DNA of 64,000 nt from Alphaproteobacteria bacterium. Its GTDB lineage: Bacteria > Pseudomonadota > Alphaproteobacteria > UBA828. A program made the position numbers and the translations under genes. This document shows positions 10,432 to 20,063 of this stretch, one piece after another. The notes beneath the pieces are model-generated. The model saw only the letters and a list, made by a program, of their open reading frames with translations, was not told the origin of the DNA and did not search any database. Each line of letters starts with the position of its first letter. The stretch's first letter is position 1. The stretch lies in assembly GCA_963422645.2 (NCBI GenBank), contig CAXXVO010000006.1, forward strand, positions 128,001 through 192,000, written 5' to 3'.

Positions 10432-10692
10432 CTACGCGCTCCCCTCCTCCGATGAGTCTGGACTGACACCCGAGGCGCGCTCCCGCGCCGCCGCGAGCGC
10501 TGCCTCCAGCGCCTCCTCGAAGTGGCCGCCCACGATGGGTCCGTTGTACCGGCGGTATTCGCGCACGATCTCCGCCTTCACCTCGGCCCTGATGTCGCGC
10601 ACGAGGTCCAGACGGCTCTCGCAGACATCGCAAACCAGAGCCTCGTCGCCCACCACCGGTGTGCGCCACGCGTGCGGGCTGCATCGCTCCAT
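10432..10692 (-). CDS. Small hypothetical protein with CxxC
   Basis: 86-aa ORF containing LVCDVCES, with a GAGG-like RBS upstream. Confidence 0.5.
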   Translation of the reverse strand: MERCSPHAWRTPVVGDEALVCDVCESRLDLVRDIRAEVKAEIVREYRRYNGPIVGGHFEEALEAALAAARERASGVSPDSSEEGSA

Positions 10693-10802
10693 CGGACTGC
10701 CCTCGCCGCCTCGTCAGGCCGCTCGCAGCATACGCCCTTCGCCGCCCGCGGCGAACGCTCCGCAGGACGTCGTGGTCAGGGACAATGTTGCGGATGGAGC
10801 CT

Positions 10803-10934
10803 TAGAGCGCGTCCGACTTTGACGGACGCGCGACAGGCCGCGACCGCGGCGCGCCCGCGCAGGCGCCGGCCACAGGCCGGCTGCCGTGAGCGACAAAGAC
10901 TCAGAGTGTTTCCGTATGAAACGGAAACGCTCTA
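10803..10934. repeat. Palindromic intergenic repeat (MITE/CIR-like), copy 1
   Basis: TAGAGCG...CGCTCTA ends, two internal hairpins, GACTC at 10898; homologous to 13937-14065 and 41950-42097. Confidence 0.85.
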
Positions 10935-12274
10935 ACCCCGATCGGCGCAATCGACGTCGCGAATCTCGTGTTCCGGAAACGCCTTCTTCCAGGCTTCGTC
11001 GAAGGCGGCGCGCTCGCCGCCAGCCTGCGCGTCCACGGCGTACTCGGTGGCGGTCCCCATGTTCGCCCTGGTCATGACGACGTAGCCCAGTTTCTCCACC
11101 TCGGCGACCCGGCGGCTCATGTAACGCTTGTTGCGGAACACGCCGAGAGAAATCCCGTTGATCTGCTCGCCCCGGTCGATGATCCAGAGGTCTTCCATGC
11201 CCTTGTCGCCAAGCGCGCGCACCGTCGCAACTGCCGCCTCGCGGCTCGCAGCCGGCGGCAAATACACCTGATAGTTCTTGATGATCTGCTGCTCTTCGGA
11301 GCGCACAGCCACCGCCTCCGCACCCTGCTTGCGCAGCCACGCAGCCGCCTCGTCGGCGACCTTGCGATCATCGAACCAGCCGGTCTGAATGCAGTTCTCA
11401 CGAGCCGCCAGTGCGACCGCCTCCTCAGGCTCCTCGGGGCTTTCCGGTTCCTCGACGACCTCAGGCTCCTCGGGACTTTCGGGTCCCATGACGACCTCAG
11501 GTTCCTCGACGACCTCAGGCTCCTCGGGGCTTTCCGGTTCCTCGACGACTTCAGGCTCCTCGGGACTTTCGGGTGCCTCGGCACTCTCGGGCTCCTCGAC
11601 GACCTCAGGCTCCACGGGGCTTTCTGCTTCCTCGACGACCTTGGGCTCCTCCGGCACAGCGGCCAGAGCTTCGATTTCTGTTTCCTCCTCTGCCGGCTCG
11701 GCCGTAGGAGGCTCGGCAGGCGCCGCCTCGGGCTGTGACGCGGCGTCGGTCTCTCCGCTCTCGACCGCCGTGCTTTCTGTTCGCTGCGAAGCTCATGGGC
11801 GCGCTGGTAGGCCCGTTCAGCGAGCTTCATGTAGACATCACCGAGATTGGCGTAGATGACCGAATCGGGCCTCAGCTCCAGCGCGGCGATCAGCGCCTTG
11901 CGCGCGTCGTCGAGCCGGCCGAGCTTGGCGTAGAGCACGGCGAGGTTGTTGTGCGCCTCGAACATCGTGGGATGGTCGTTGCGAAGGCCCTCGAAGATGG
12001 TAACTGCCTCGACGAGGTTTCCTTCCCGGGCGTGCAGCACGCCCTGCAGCAGTCGCACGCCGGGCGCGTCGGGATTGCGCGCGAGCATGTCCTCGATCGC
12101 CTTGCGCGCTTCCGCGTGGCGTTCCTGCGCAACCAGGGAGAGAGCGTCGTCGACGGGATCGTCGGCGAGCGCGCCGGTACACACCATCGGCCCCAGCACG
12201 CCGCATGCGATCGCCGCCCGCCTGAGCCATGTCATGGCTGGCACTTTTGGCCGGGCAAGTGCCGTGCTATCCAC
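10932..12274 (-). pseudogene. TPR + acidic repeat linker + SPOR-like domain protein, frameshifted near 11780
   Basis: The TPR frame (EAHNNLAVLYA, YANLGDVY) shifts at GAACAGAAAGC into the frame encoding ESTAVESGE..., the EEPE repeats and a SPOR-like C-terminus (CIQTGWF, GISLGVF). Could be a sequencing indel. Confidence 0.7.
11420..11655 (-). repeat. Coding tandem repeat (EEPEVV / EEPESP, 18-nt units)
   Basis: Repeated tcaggctcctcggg / ttcctcgacgacc units on the + strand. Confidence 0.85.
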
Positions 12275-12369
12275 GACCGCGACCCTTTTGATTTCCGTGA
12301 GGGTTCACCATAGGTGGCAGCCGCACCGCAGTCCATCGTATCGCCGACGCTCGTGCCGATGAGCCACTC

Positions 12370-13914
12370 ATGACCGAGCAGATCCTGATTCTCGACTTCG
12401 GCTCCCAGGTGACCCAGCTCATCGCCCGCCGGGTGCGCGAGGCCGGGGTCTACTGCGAGATCCGGCCCTTCACGACTCCCGCCGCCGAGATCGAGCGCCT
12501 GGCGCCGCAAGGCGTCATCCTCTCCGGTGGCCCGGCATCGGTCACCGAGGCGGAAGCGCCGTGCCCCGACGAGGCGATCTACGCGCTCGGCATCCCGCTT
12601 CTCGGCATCTGCTACGGCCAGCAGACGATGTGCGCCGCGCTGGGCGGCGCCGTGGAATCCACGTCACAGCGCGAGTTCGGCCGGGCGCACCTCGACATCG
12701 TCGAGCCCTGCGCGCTCTTCGACGGGGTCTGGCAGGTGGGCGCGCGCGAGCAGGTCTGGATGAGCCACGGCGACGCGGTGGCGGCGCTGCCGCAAGGCTT
12801 TCGGGTGGTGGCCCGCACCGAGTCAGCCCCCTTCGCCGCCATCGCCGACGACGAGCGTCACTTCTACGGCATTCAGTTCCATCCCGAAGTGATGCACACG
12901 CCCCACGGCGCGGCGCTCCTGCAGAGCTTTGCGCGCCGGATCGCGGGCTGCCACGGCACCTGGACCATGGCCTCGTTCCGCGCCAGCGCCATCGAGGCGG
13001 TCCGGGCGCAGGTGGGTGACGGAGGGGTGATTTGCGGGCTCTCCGGCGGCGTCGATTCCTCGGTGGTGGCGGTGCTCCTGCACGAGGCGATCGGAGACCA
13101 GCTCACCTGCGTGTTCGTCGACACCGGCCTGATGCGCCAGGGCGAGGCCGCTGAGGTCACGGGCCTCTTTCGCGGCAGTTACAACATCCCCCTCGTCCAC
13201 GAGGATGCGCAGGCCGTGTTCCTTGAACGGCTCGCCGGCGTCACCGAGCCCGAGGAGAAGCGCAAGATCATCGGCGCCACCTTCATCGACGTGTTCGACG
13301 AGGCCGCGCGCAGTGCCGGCGACGCCGACTTCCTGGCCCAGGGAACGCTCTACCCGGACGTGATCGAATCGGTCTCCGTCAGCGGGCCGAGCGTCGTCAT
13401 CAAGTCGCACCACAACGTCGGCGGCCTGCCCGAGCGGATGAACCTCAGTCTGGTCGAGCCGCTGCGCATGCTCTTCAAGGACGAGGTGCGCGCCCTCGGC
13501 CGCGCCCTCGGGATGCCGGAGGCGCTGACCGGGCGCCACCCCTTCCCCGGCCCCGGCCTCGCGATCCGCATTCCGGGCGAGGTGACGGCCGAGAAGGTCG
13601 CGGTCCTGCAGCAGGCCGACGCCATCTTCATCGAGGAAATCCGGAGCGCCGGCCTCTACGACGCCATCTGGCAGGCCTTCGCGGTCCTGCTGCCGGTCCA
13701 GACGGTGGGCGTGATGGGCGACGCGCGCACCTACGAGCATGTCTGCGCGCTCCGCGCCGTCACGTCGGCAGACGGCATGACCGCCGACTTCTACCACTTC
13801 GACATGAGCTTCCTGGGCGGTGCCGCGAACCGCATCGTCAACGAAGTGAAGGGCATCAACCGCGTGGTCTACGACGTGACCTCCAAACCGCCGGGAACGA
13901 TCGAATGGGAGTGA
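12370..13914 (+). CDS. guaA: Glutamine-hydrolysing GMP synthase
   Basis: [54 protein letters not shown]. Confidence 0.98.
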   Translation: MTEQILILDFGSQVTQLIARRVREAGVYCEIRPFTTPAAEIERLAPQGVILSGGPASVTEAEAPCPDEAIYALGIPLLGICYGQQTMCAALGGAVESTSQREFGRAHLDIVEPCALFDGVWQVGAREQVWMSHGDAVAALPQGFRVVARTESAPFAAIADDERHFYGIQFHPEVMHTPHGAALLQSFARRIAGCHGTWTMASFRASAIEAVRAQVGDGGVICGLSGGVDSSVVAVLLHEAIGDQLTCVFVDTGLMRQGEAAEVTGLFRGSYNIPLVHEDAQAVFLERLAGVTEPEEKRKIIGATFIDVFDEAARSAGDADFLAQGTLYPDVIESVSVSGPSVVIKSHHNVGGLPERMNLSLVEPLRMLFKDEVRALGRALGMPEALTGRHPFPGPGLAIRIPGEVTAEKVAVLQQADAIFIEEIRSAGLYDAIWQAFAVLLPVQTVGVMGDARTYEHVCALRAVTSADGMTADFYHFDMSFLGGAANRIVNEVKGINRVVYDVTSKPPGTIEWE

Positions 13915-13936
13915 ACGCACGGACGCGCCGGCGCAC

Positions 13937-14065
13937 TAGAGCGCGTCCGTCTTTGACGGACGCGCGACAGGCCGCGACCGCGGCCCGCCGCTTATGCGGC
14001 GCGCCCGCGCAGGCGCCGGCCGCCGGCCGGCTGCCGTGAGCGACAAAGATTCAGAGCGTTTCCGT
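13937..14065. repeat. Palindromic intergenic repeat, copy 2 (right hairpin truncated)
   Basis: Matches copy 1 up to GTTTCCGT, then breaks off; GATTC at 14048. Confidence 0.85.
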
Positions 14066-14080
14066 GTGAGAAAAAAAGAG

Positions 14081-15968
14081 GTAACTGCCCAGGTTCTTGC
14101 TGTGAAAATTCTCTGGGATTCGGCACAACGCTACCCACGCGACGCCCGTGTGCTCCTCTGTGGTCGCCGGGTTTCACAGCTCACGATGCCCCTCTTGCGG
14201 ACTGCGACCGGTAAGCTACCCCGATGTGGCCCGAAGTCCGCCCGCGCGACGGGCACCGATTTTCATTCTATGGGGTGGTCCAGCACGGCGTCGACCATGA
14301 TCGTTTATGAGAATGGCTCCGCTGTTGGAGAACCCGTGCCAGGTGAGCTTACGCGCACTTGACGGTGGCGATGAGCCGATCCGATGGGCTGGTCAGGGCT
14401 TCGATGATATTCCAGCCCTGCTTTCTGGCGGTGGTGATGACGCTGCGCAGGATGGCGAAGTTCTCGGCCCCCTGCGCGGACCGGAAGCCCCCGGAGATCT
14501 TCTGGCGCAGCTTCATCATCCGAAGGTCGCGCTCGGCCTCGTTGTTCGTGAACCCGACCTCGAGGTCGATCAGGAACCGGAGCACCGCGCATTTGTGGTC
14601 GCGCAGCCTCAAGGCCAGATTGTGACCGATCCTTCGCTTCCGGCGCTTCTTCCTCTTGCCAGGCGAGAACGGTGGTTGGCTCTCGTGAAAGGCCAGCGCA
14701 TCGGCGATGATCTCGTCGTATCGGCGCTCGATCAGCGCCACAAGCCTCGCCGGAACGGCGATATCCTTGTCCAGCGCGATGCGGGCGGCGCGATTGGCTC
14801 GGCGCAGGAGCTGCTGCATCCGCCGGGCCCAAGCCTCCCCTTCGATGTCCACCAGCGCCTGCAACTCCCGCAGGTGATGGGCGTTGCACAGGCCGTGCTC
14901 CACCCCTTCCATCGCGAAGTACGGCTTCCAGTGATCGTGCACGACGATGCCGGAGACACCCGAGAGCAGGGCGCCGCGCTTGCCGCTGACCCGGTACGCC
15001 GCCAGCAGCGGCGTGCAGATCACATGAAGCCACTGCGTCTGACCGCCGATCCGCAAGCCGGTCTCGTCCATGTGTTTCACCCGCGCCGTGCCCGCCGCCA
15101 GGTCCTGTATGTGCAAGGCCGCGTCCCGCAGCCGCTCGGCCGCCCTCTCGCTCATCGTCGCCAACGTCGCAGCCGTCACCGGCGCGCCGAAGAGCTCGGC
15201 CATCACCTGCGACAGCCGATCCTCCGGCAGGAAGTGAGCGTGCTGAAGGTAGACCGCCACCCCGGCAATGCGCGGGCCGTACTGCACCGGCGCCGACACC
15301 CCGTCGGGGAACGCCGCCCGGGTCACCGTCCCGCAATGCCCGCAGCACTTGGCATGCGCCCGGTGCTCGGTCACCTCCAGGGGGCTCGGCTCGGGCAGAT
15401 CGAACACCTGGCGGGCGACGGGCGTTCCCGCCCTGGCCGCGTCCGAAAGCGGCGAACCGCATCCCTTGCAGGAAGCCGGGACGTGATCCTTCACCCGATC
15501 CGGGTGATCGGCGCGGCGCAGCGTCTTGCCCTTGTGGCCGGGCTGGCCACCGGGCTTGCGGCCCGATTTGCCGCGCAGGCTTCGGGTTCGCCGCTTCGAA
15601 TTCGGCTTCCTCAGCCCATCGCTCGAAGGCGGCTTGCCGCTGTTGCCGCTGTTGAGGCCGAGACGGCGCTCCAACTCCTCGATGCGCTCGACGAGACGCG
15701 CGACTTGCTCTTCCAGCCGCGCGTTCTGCTGCCGAAGCCAGGCATTTTCCTCCCGAAGCCGGGCGTTCTCCTCCTCCAGGCGGGCGATCTTCTGCGCGGG
15801 CGTTTCGGGCGCTGCTCCCGTCGAAGGGCCGCGCGGCGACTCGGGATTGCTCATGTCGTTGTTGAGTCATTTCCCGAAATTCCCGTCAAGCCCTTTCCAC
15901 CAACTCCGAACGAGAAACGCCTCAATCCACTGGCCCAAAATGACAAATCAGACGACCTGGGCAGTTAC
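14081..15968 (-). mobile_element. IS66-family element (single ORF), intact copy 1, 1888 bp
   Basis: Terminal IRs GTAACTGCCCAGGT; 8-bp target duplication AAAAAGAG at 14073-14080 and 15969-15976. Confidence 0.95.
14349..15854 (-). CDS. IS66 transposase
   Basis: Leucine zipper, NSGNSGKPPSSD, zinc finger, HMDETG, HDHWKPY, LCNAHHLREL, FTNNEAERDLR. Confidence 0.95.
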   Translation of the reverse strand: MSNPESPRGPSTGAAPETPAQKIARLEEENARLREENAWLRQQNARLEEQVARLVERIEELERRLGLNSGNSGKPPSSDGLRKPNSKRRTRSLRGKSGRKPGGQPGHKGKTLRRADHPDRVKDHVPASCKGCGSPLSDAARAGTPVARQVFDLPEPSPLEVTEHRAHAKCCGHCGTVTRAAFPDGVSAPVQYGPRIAGVAVYLQHAHFLPEDRLSQVMAELFGAPVTAATLATMSERAAERLRDAALHIQDLAAGTARVKHMDETGLRIGGQTQWLHVICTPLLAAYRVSGKRGALLSGVSGIVVHDHWKPYFAMEGVEHGLCNAHHLRELQALVDIEGEAWARRMQQLLRRANRAARIALDKDIAVPARLVALIERRYDEIIADALAFHESQPPFSPGKRKKRRKRRIGHNLALRLRDHKCAVLRFLIDLEVGFTNNEAERDLRMMKLRQKISGGFRSAQGAENFAILRSVITTARKQGWNIIEALTSPSDRLIATVKCA

Positions 15969-16240
15969 AAAAAGAGATAGAAGATGGTGGTTAGGTAGGT
16001 GATTGGGATATGCGATGGTAGTCCATTTAATGGTTTTATATCAGGGGGATAATTAGTAGTCAACTATGGAATTGAGAATTGAGTGAGCTATGGTATGAAG
16101 GGTGAGTGTTGTTGTGATAGTGACATTTGGGTGTTGAGTGGTAAGAGAAAAGGCGTTGTAGGATGGGGGTTGTGGGATGAAATCTAATAAGAGATATGAG
16201 GACAATATGGTTGTGACGGTTTGGCCATGGTAGATATAGG
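15969..16240 (+). other. C-depleted, low-GC non-coding tract
   Basis: About 14 C in 272 nt by manual count, while G stays abundant; flanking DNA is very GC-rich. Confidence 0.85.
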
Positions 16241-16269
16241 GTGTCTTCCATAGGGGCGCGGGCAGGCTG

Positions 16270-16602
16270 GTGGCGGCGAGACAAAAGGGCGAAAAGCGGA
16301 AGCAACGCTGGGTCGGTGCAACGGATGCCGAATGGACTGAAATCAGCGAAGGCGCGCAAGCGGCAGGATTGTCAAACTCCGACTACGTCATCCGGTGCTG
16401 CCTCGATGGCAAGGCGCGTGCCGACCCGACCGACGTAGGTCTGCCCCCGCCGGTGCTGCGCCGCGCGGTGGAGGCCGTATTGATTCTCGAGGAACTGCAA
16501 AGGCAACGTCTCGTGAACGATGGCGAGACGGGCGAGCTGATTTGGCAGAAGTCGATTGCCAAGGTGGAGGCCTGGATGAAGGGCGAGGGCGGTCTGGGGT
16601 GA
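16270..16602 (+). CDS. MobC/ribbon-helix-helix-like protein 1
   Basis: RWVGATDAEWTEISEGAQAAGLSNSDYVIRCCL resembles the MobC RHH pattern. Confidence 0.6.
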   Translation: MAARQKGEKRKQRWVGATDAEWTEISEGAQAAGLSNSDYVIRCCLDGKARADPTDVGLPPPVLRRAVEAVLILEELQRQRLVNDGETGELIWQKSIAKVEAWMKGEGGLG

Positions 16603-16615
16603 AACGGAAGAGGCC

Positions 16616-16942
16616 GTGATCCTCGCGAAGAAGCGCTGCATCTACTGCTCGCCAGAGAGCCGGGAGAAGATATGGCGGCGGGCCAAGAAGGCGAAGATGC
16701 GGTTTTCGCCCTTTGTCATTCTGTGCTGCCGCCAGGCGGCGAGCGCGAACCCTCCTCCGGCACCGCCCGGTCATCCGCTGGTGCTTTCCGAGGACGCACA
16801 GCGTGGTCTTTACGAGGGAAGCCGCCTCCTCGCCCGGTCGACGAAAGTCGTTATCGATGCGCAGGAAGGTGGGAAGGTGACTCTGGCGCTGCATGAAGCG
16901 ATGCGCATTCTGCTGCTCTGCGAAGAAGAACGGGGGTCATGA
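16616..16942 (+). CDS. MobC/RHH-like protein 2
   Basis: CIYCSPESREKIWRRAKKAKMRFSPFVILCC...HPLVLSEDAQR; similar to its neighbours. Confidence 0.55.
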   Translation: MILAKKRCIYCSPESREKIWRRAKKAKMRFSPFVILCCRQAASANPPPAPPGHPLVLSEDAQRGLYEGSRLLARSTKVVIDAQEGGKVTLALHEAMRILLLCEEERGS

Positions 16943-17100
16943 CAAAGCCGCGCGTCCGAAAGAAGCGAACGGAACAGACGATTTCCGTAACTGCCCAGGT
17001 CGTCTGATTTGTCATTTTGGGCCAGTGGATTGAGGCGTTTCTCGTTCGGAGTTGGTGGAAAGGGCTTGACGGGAATTTCGGGAAATGACTCAACAACGAC

Positions 17101-18606
17101 ATGAGCAATCCCGAGTCGCCGCGCGGCCCTTCGACGGGAGCAGCGCCCGAAACGCCCGCGCAGAAGATCGCCCGCCTGGAGGAGGAGAACGCCCGGCTTC
17201 GGGAGGAAAATGCCTGGCTTCGGCAGCAGAACGCGCGGCTGGAAGAGCAAGTCGCGCGTCTCGTCGAGCGCATCGAGGAGTTGGAGCGCCGTCTCGGCCT
17301 CAACAGCGGCAACAGCGGCAAGCCGCCTTCGAGCGATGGGCTGAGGAAGCCGAATTCGAAGCGGCGAACCCGAAGCCTGCGCGGCAAATCGGGCCGCAAG
17401 CCCGGTGGCCAGCCCGGCCACAAGGGCAAGACGCTGCGCCGCGCCGATCACCCGGATCGGGTGAAGGATCACGTCCCGGCTTCCTGCAAGGGATGCGGTT
17501 CGCCGCTTTCGGACGCGGCCAGGGCGGGAACGCCCGTCGCCCGCCAGGTGTTCGATCTGCCCGAGCCGAGCCCCCTGGAGGTGACCGAGCACCGGGCGCA
17601 TGCCAAGTGCTGCGGGCATTGCGGGACGGTGACCCGGGCGGCGTTCCCCGACGGGGTGTCGGCGCCGGTGCAGTACGGCCCGCGCATTGCCGGGGTGGCG
17701 GTCTACCTTCAGCACGCTCACTTCCTGCCGGAGGATCGGCTGTCGCAGGTGATGGCCGAGCTCTTCGGCGCGCCGGTGACGGCTGCGACGTTGGCGACGA
17801 TGAGCGAGAGGGCGGCCGAGCGGCTGCGGGACGCGGCCTTGCACATACAGGACCTGGCGGCGGGCACGGCGCGGGTGAAACACATGGACGAGACCGGCTT
17901 GCGGATCGGCGGTCAGACGCAGTGGCTTCATGTGATCTGCACGCCGCTGCTGGCGGCGTACCGGGTCAGCGGCAAGCGCGGCGCCCTGCTCTCGGGTGTC
18001 TCCGGCATCGTCGTGCACGATCACTGGAAGCCGTACTTCGCGATGGAAGGGGTGGAGCACGGCCTGTGCAACGCCCATCACCTGCGGGAGTTGCAGGCGC
18101 TGGTGGACATCGAAGGGGAGGCTTGGGCCCGGCGGATGCAGCAGCTCCTGCGCCGAGCCAATCGCGCCGCCCGCATCGCGCTGGACAAGGATATCGCCGT
18201 TCCGGCGAGGCTTGTGGCGCTGATCGAGCGCCGATACGACGAGATCATCGCCGATGCGCTGGCCTTTCACGAGAGCCAACCACCGTTCTCGCCTGGCAAG
18301 AGGAAGAAGCGCCGGAAGCGAAGGATCGGTCACAATCCGGCCTTGAGGCTGCGCGACCACAAATGCGCGGTGCTCCGGTTCCTGATCGACCTCGAGGTCG
18401 GGTTCACGAACAACGAGGCCGAGCGCGACCTTCGGATGATGAAGCTGCGCCAGAAGATCTCCGGGGGCTTCCGGTCCGCGCAGGGGGCCGAGAACTTCGC
18501 CATCCTGCGCAGCGTCATCACCACCGCCAGAAAGCAGGGCTGGAATATCATCGAAGCCCTGACCAGCCCATCGGATCGGCTCATCGCCACCGTCAAGTGC
18601 GCGTAA
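17101..18606 (+). CDS. IS66 transposase
   Basis: Matches copy 1 except HNPA versus HNLA. Confidence 0.95.
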   Translation: MSNPESPRGPSTGAAPETPAQKIARLEEENARLREENAWLRQQNARLEEQVARLVERIEELERRLGLNSGNSGKPPSSDGLRKPNSKRRTRSLRGKSGRKPGGQPGHKGKTLRRADHPDRVKDHVPASCKGCGSPLSDAARAGTPVARQVFDLPEPSPLEVTEHRAHAKCCGHCGTVTRAAFPDGVSAPVQYGPRIAGVAVYLQHAHFLPEDRLSQVMAELFGAPVTAATLATMSERAAERLRDAALHIQDLAAGTARVKHMDETGLRIGGQTQWLHVICTPLLAAYRVSGKRGALLSGVSGIVVHDHWKPYFAMEGVEHGLCNAHHLRELQALVDIEGEAWARRMQQLLRRANRAARIALDKDIAVPARLVALIERRYDEIIADALAFHESQPPFSPGKRKKRRKRRIGHNPALRLRDHKCAVLRFLIDLEVGFTNNEAERDLRMMKLRQKISGGFRSAQGAENFAILRSVITTARKQGWNIIEALTSPSDRLIATVKCA

Positions 18607-18846
18607 GCTCACCTGGCACGGGTTCTCCAACAGCGGAGCCATTCTCATAAACGATCATGGTCGACGCCGTGCTGGACCACCCCATAGAATGAAAATCGGT
18701 GCCCGTCGCGCGGGCGGACTTCGGGCCACATCGGGGTAGCTTACCGGTCGCAGTCCGCAAGAGGGGCATCGTGAGCTGTGTGAGGTGGCCCCGGAAAATC
18801 GGACAGGTGTCTAAGGTGTATTCCACCGTCTGACGGAGGAATACAG

Positions 18847-19131
18847 ATGAGCAGCAAGCGACGCAGATTTTCAGGGCAGCTGAAGGCGAAGGTAGCGCTT
18901 GAGGCGCTTCAGGGTGATCGGACACTTCAGGAGATTGCCTCGAAATACCAGGTTCACCCGAACCAGGTGGGCGCCTGGAAGCGCCAGGCGATCAAGGGGC
19001 TGGGCGAGGTGTTCTCGAAGGGCGCCGAGGGTCGGGTCCGGGACCATGAGAGCGAGGTCCGCGATCTTCACGCCAAGATCGGGGAGCTGATCGTGGAGCG
19101 GGATTTTTTGTCGCGCGGGTCCGGTCGATGA
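18847..19131 (+). CDS. IS3 transposase OrfA
   Basis: KAKVALEAL...IASKYQVHPNQVGAWK HTH; T6G run at 19104-19110. Confidence 0.9.
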   Translation: MSSKRRRFSGQLKAKVALEALQGDRTLQEIASKYQVHPNQVGAWKRQAIKGLGEVFSKGAEGRVRDHESEVRDLHAKIGELIVERDFLSRGSGR

Positions 19132-20063
19132 GCCGGCCGGAGCGCCGCGCGATGGTGGAGCGCGATCACCCGGCGCTGAGCCTGAGCCGGCAATGCCGCC
19201 TGCTGTCGATCGGGCGCTCCTCGCTCTACTACGCAGCGAAGGGCGAGAGCGCGGAGACCCTGGCGCTGATGCGTCGGATCGACGAGCTGTTCCTGAAGTA
19301 TCCGTTTTATGGCGCCCGCCAGATGGTCCGGCACCTGCGCCGCGAGGGCGTGCGGATTGGGCGCGGCCGGGCCGCTCGCCTGATGCGCCTGATGGGGCTT
19401 GAGGCGATCTATCGGGCACCGCGGACCAGCGCGCCGCATCCCGAGCACCGGGTCTACCCTTATCTGCTGCGGGGTCTGGCGATCGAGCGGGCGAACCATG
19501 TCTGGTGCGCCGACATCACCTACATCCCGGTGCGGCGCGGCTTCCTTTACCTGGTGGCGATCATGGACTGGGCGAGCCGGTACGTGCTGGCCTGGCGGCT
19601 GTCGAACACGCTGGACGCGGGCTTCTGCACGGACGCGCTCGACGAGGCCCTGGCTCGGCATGGCGCGCCGGAGATCTTCAACACCGATCAGGGCAGCCAG
19701 TTCACCAGCTTCGTCTTCACCGGCCGCTTGCAGGCGGCCGGCATCCGGATCTCGATGGACGGCCGGGGCCGGTGCATGGACAACATCTTCATCGAGCGGC
19801 TGTGGCGCTCGCTCAAATACGAGGCGGTCTACCTGCACGACATCGCCGACGGTTTCCAGGCCCGGCGCCTGATCCGTGATTGGATCGGCTTTTACAACGC
19901 CGAGAGGCCTCACTCGGCGCTGGGAGGGAGAACCCCGGCCGAGGCATACCGCGGCGAGACGCCTGTGGATATGATGGACAAGCCGCTACGCGCCTTGACC
20001 ACATCTCCACAGGCGCAACAGCAGCAACAGGAAGATCGATTCAAGAGGATCATGGCGGCCTGA
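19128..20063 (+). CDS. IS3 transposase OrfB (rve DDE)
   Basis: WCADITY, FNTDQGSQF, DNIFIERLWRSLKYE, YNAERPHSAL. Confidence 0.93.
   Translation: MSRPERRAMVERDHPALSLSRQCRLLSIGRSSLYYAAKGESAETLALMRRIDELFLKYPFYGARQMVRHLRREGVRIGRGRAARLMRLMGLEAIYRAPRTSAPHPEHRVYPYLLRGLAIERANHVWCADITYIPVRRGFLYLVAIMDWASRYVLAWRLSNTLDAGFCTDALDEALARHGAPEIFNTDQGSQFTSFVFTGRLQAAGIRISMDGRGRCMDNIFIERLWRSLKYEAVYLHDIADGFQARRLIRDWIGFYNAERPHSALGGRTPAEAYRGETPVDMMDKPLRALTTSPQAQQQQQEDRFKRIMAA

Noticed and set aside
11420-11655. CRISPR array
   Set aside because: The repeats are contiguous in-frame coding units with no unique spacers and no cas genes.
16060-16359. 99-aa His/Ser-rich minus-strand ORF
   Set aside because: Its composition follows from the nucleotide skew, it overlaps the RHH gene and it has no motif.
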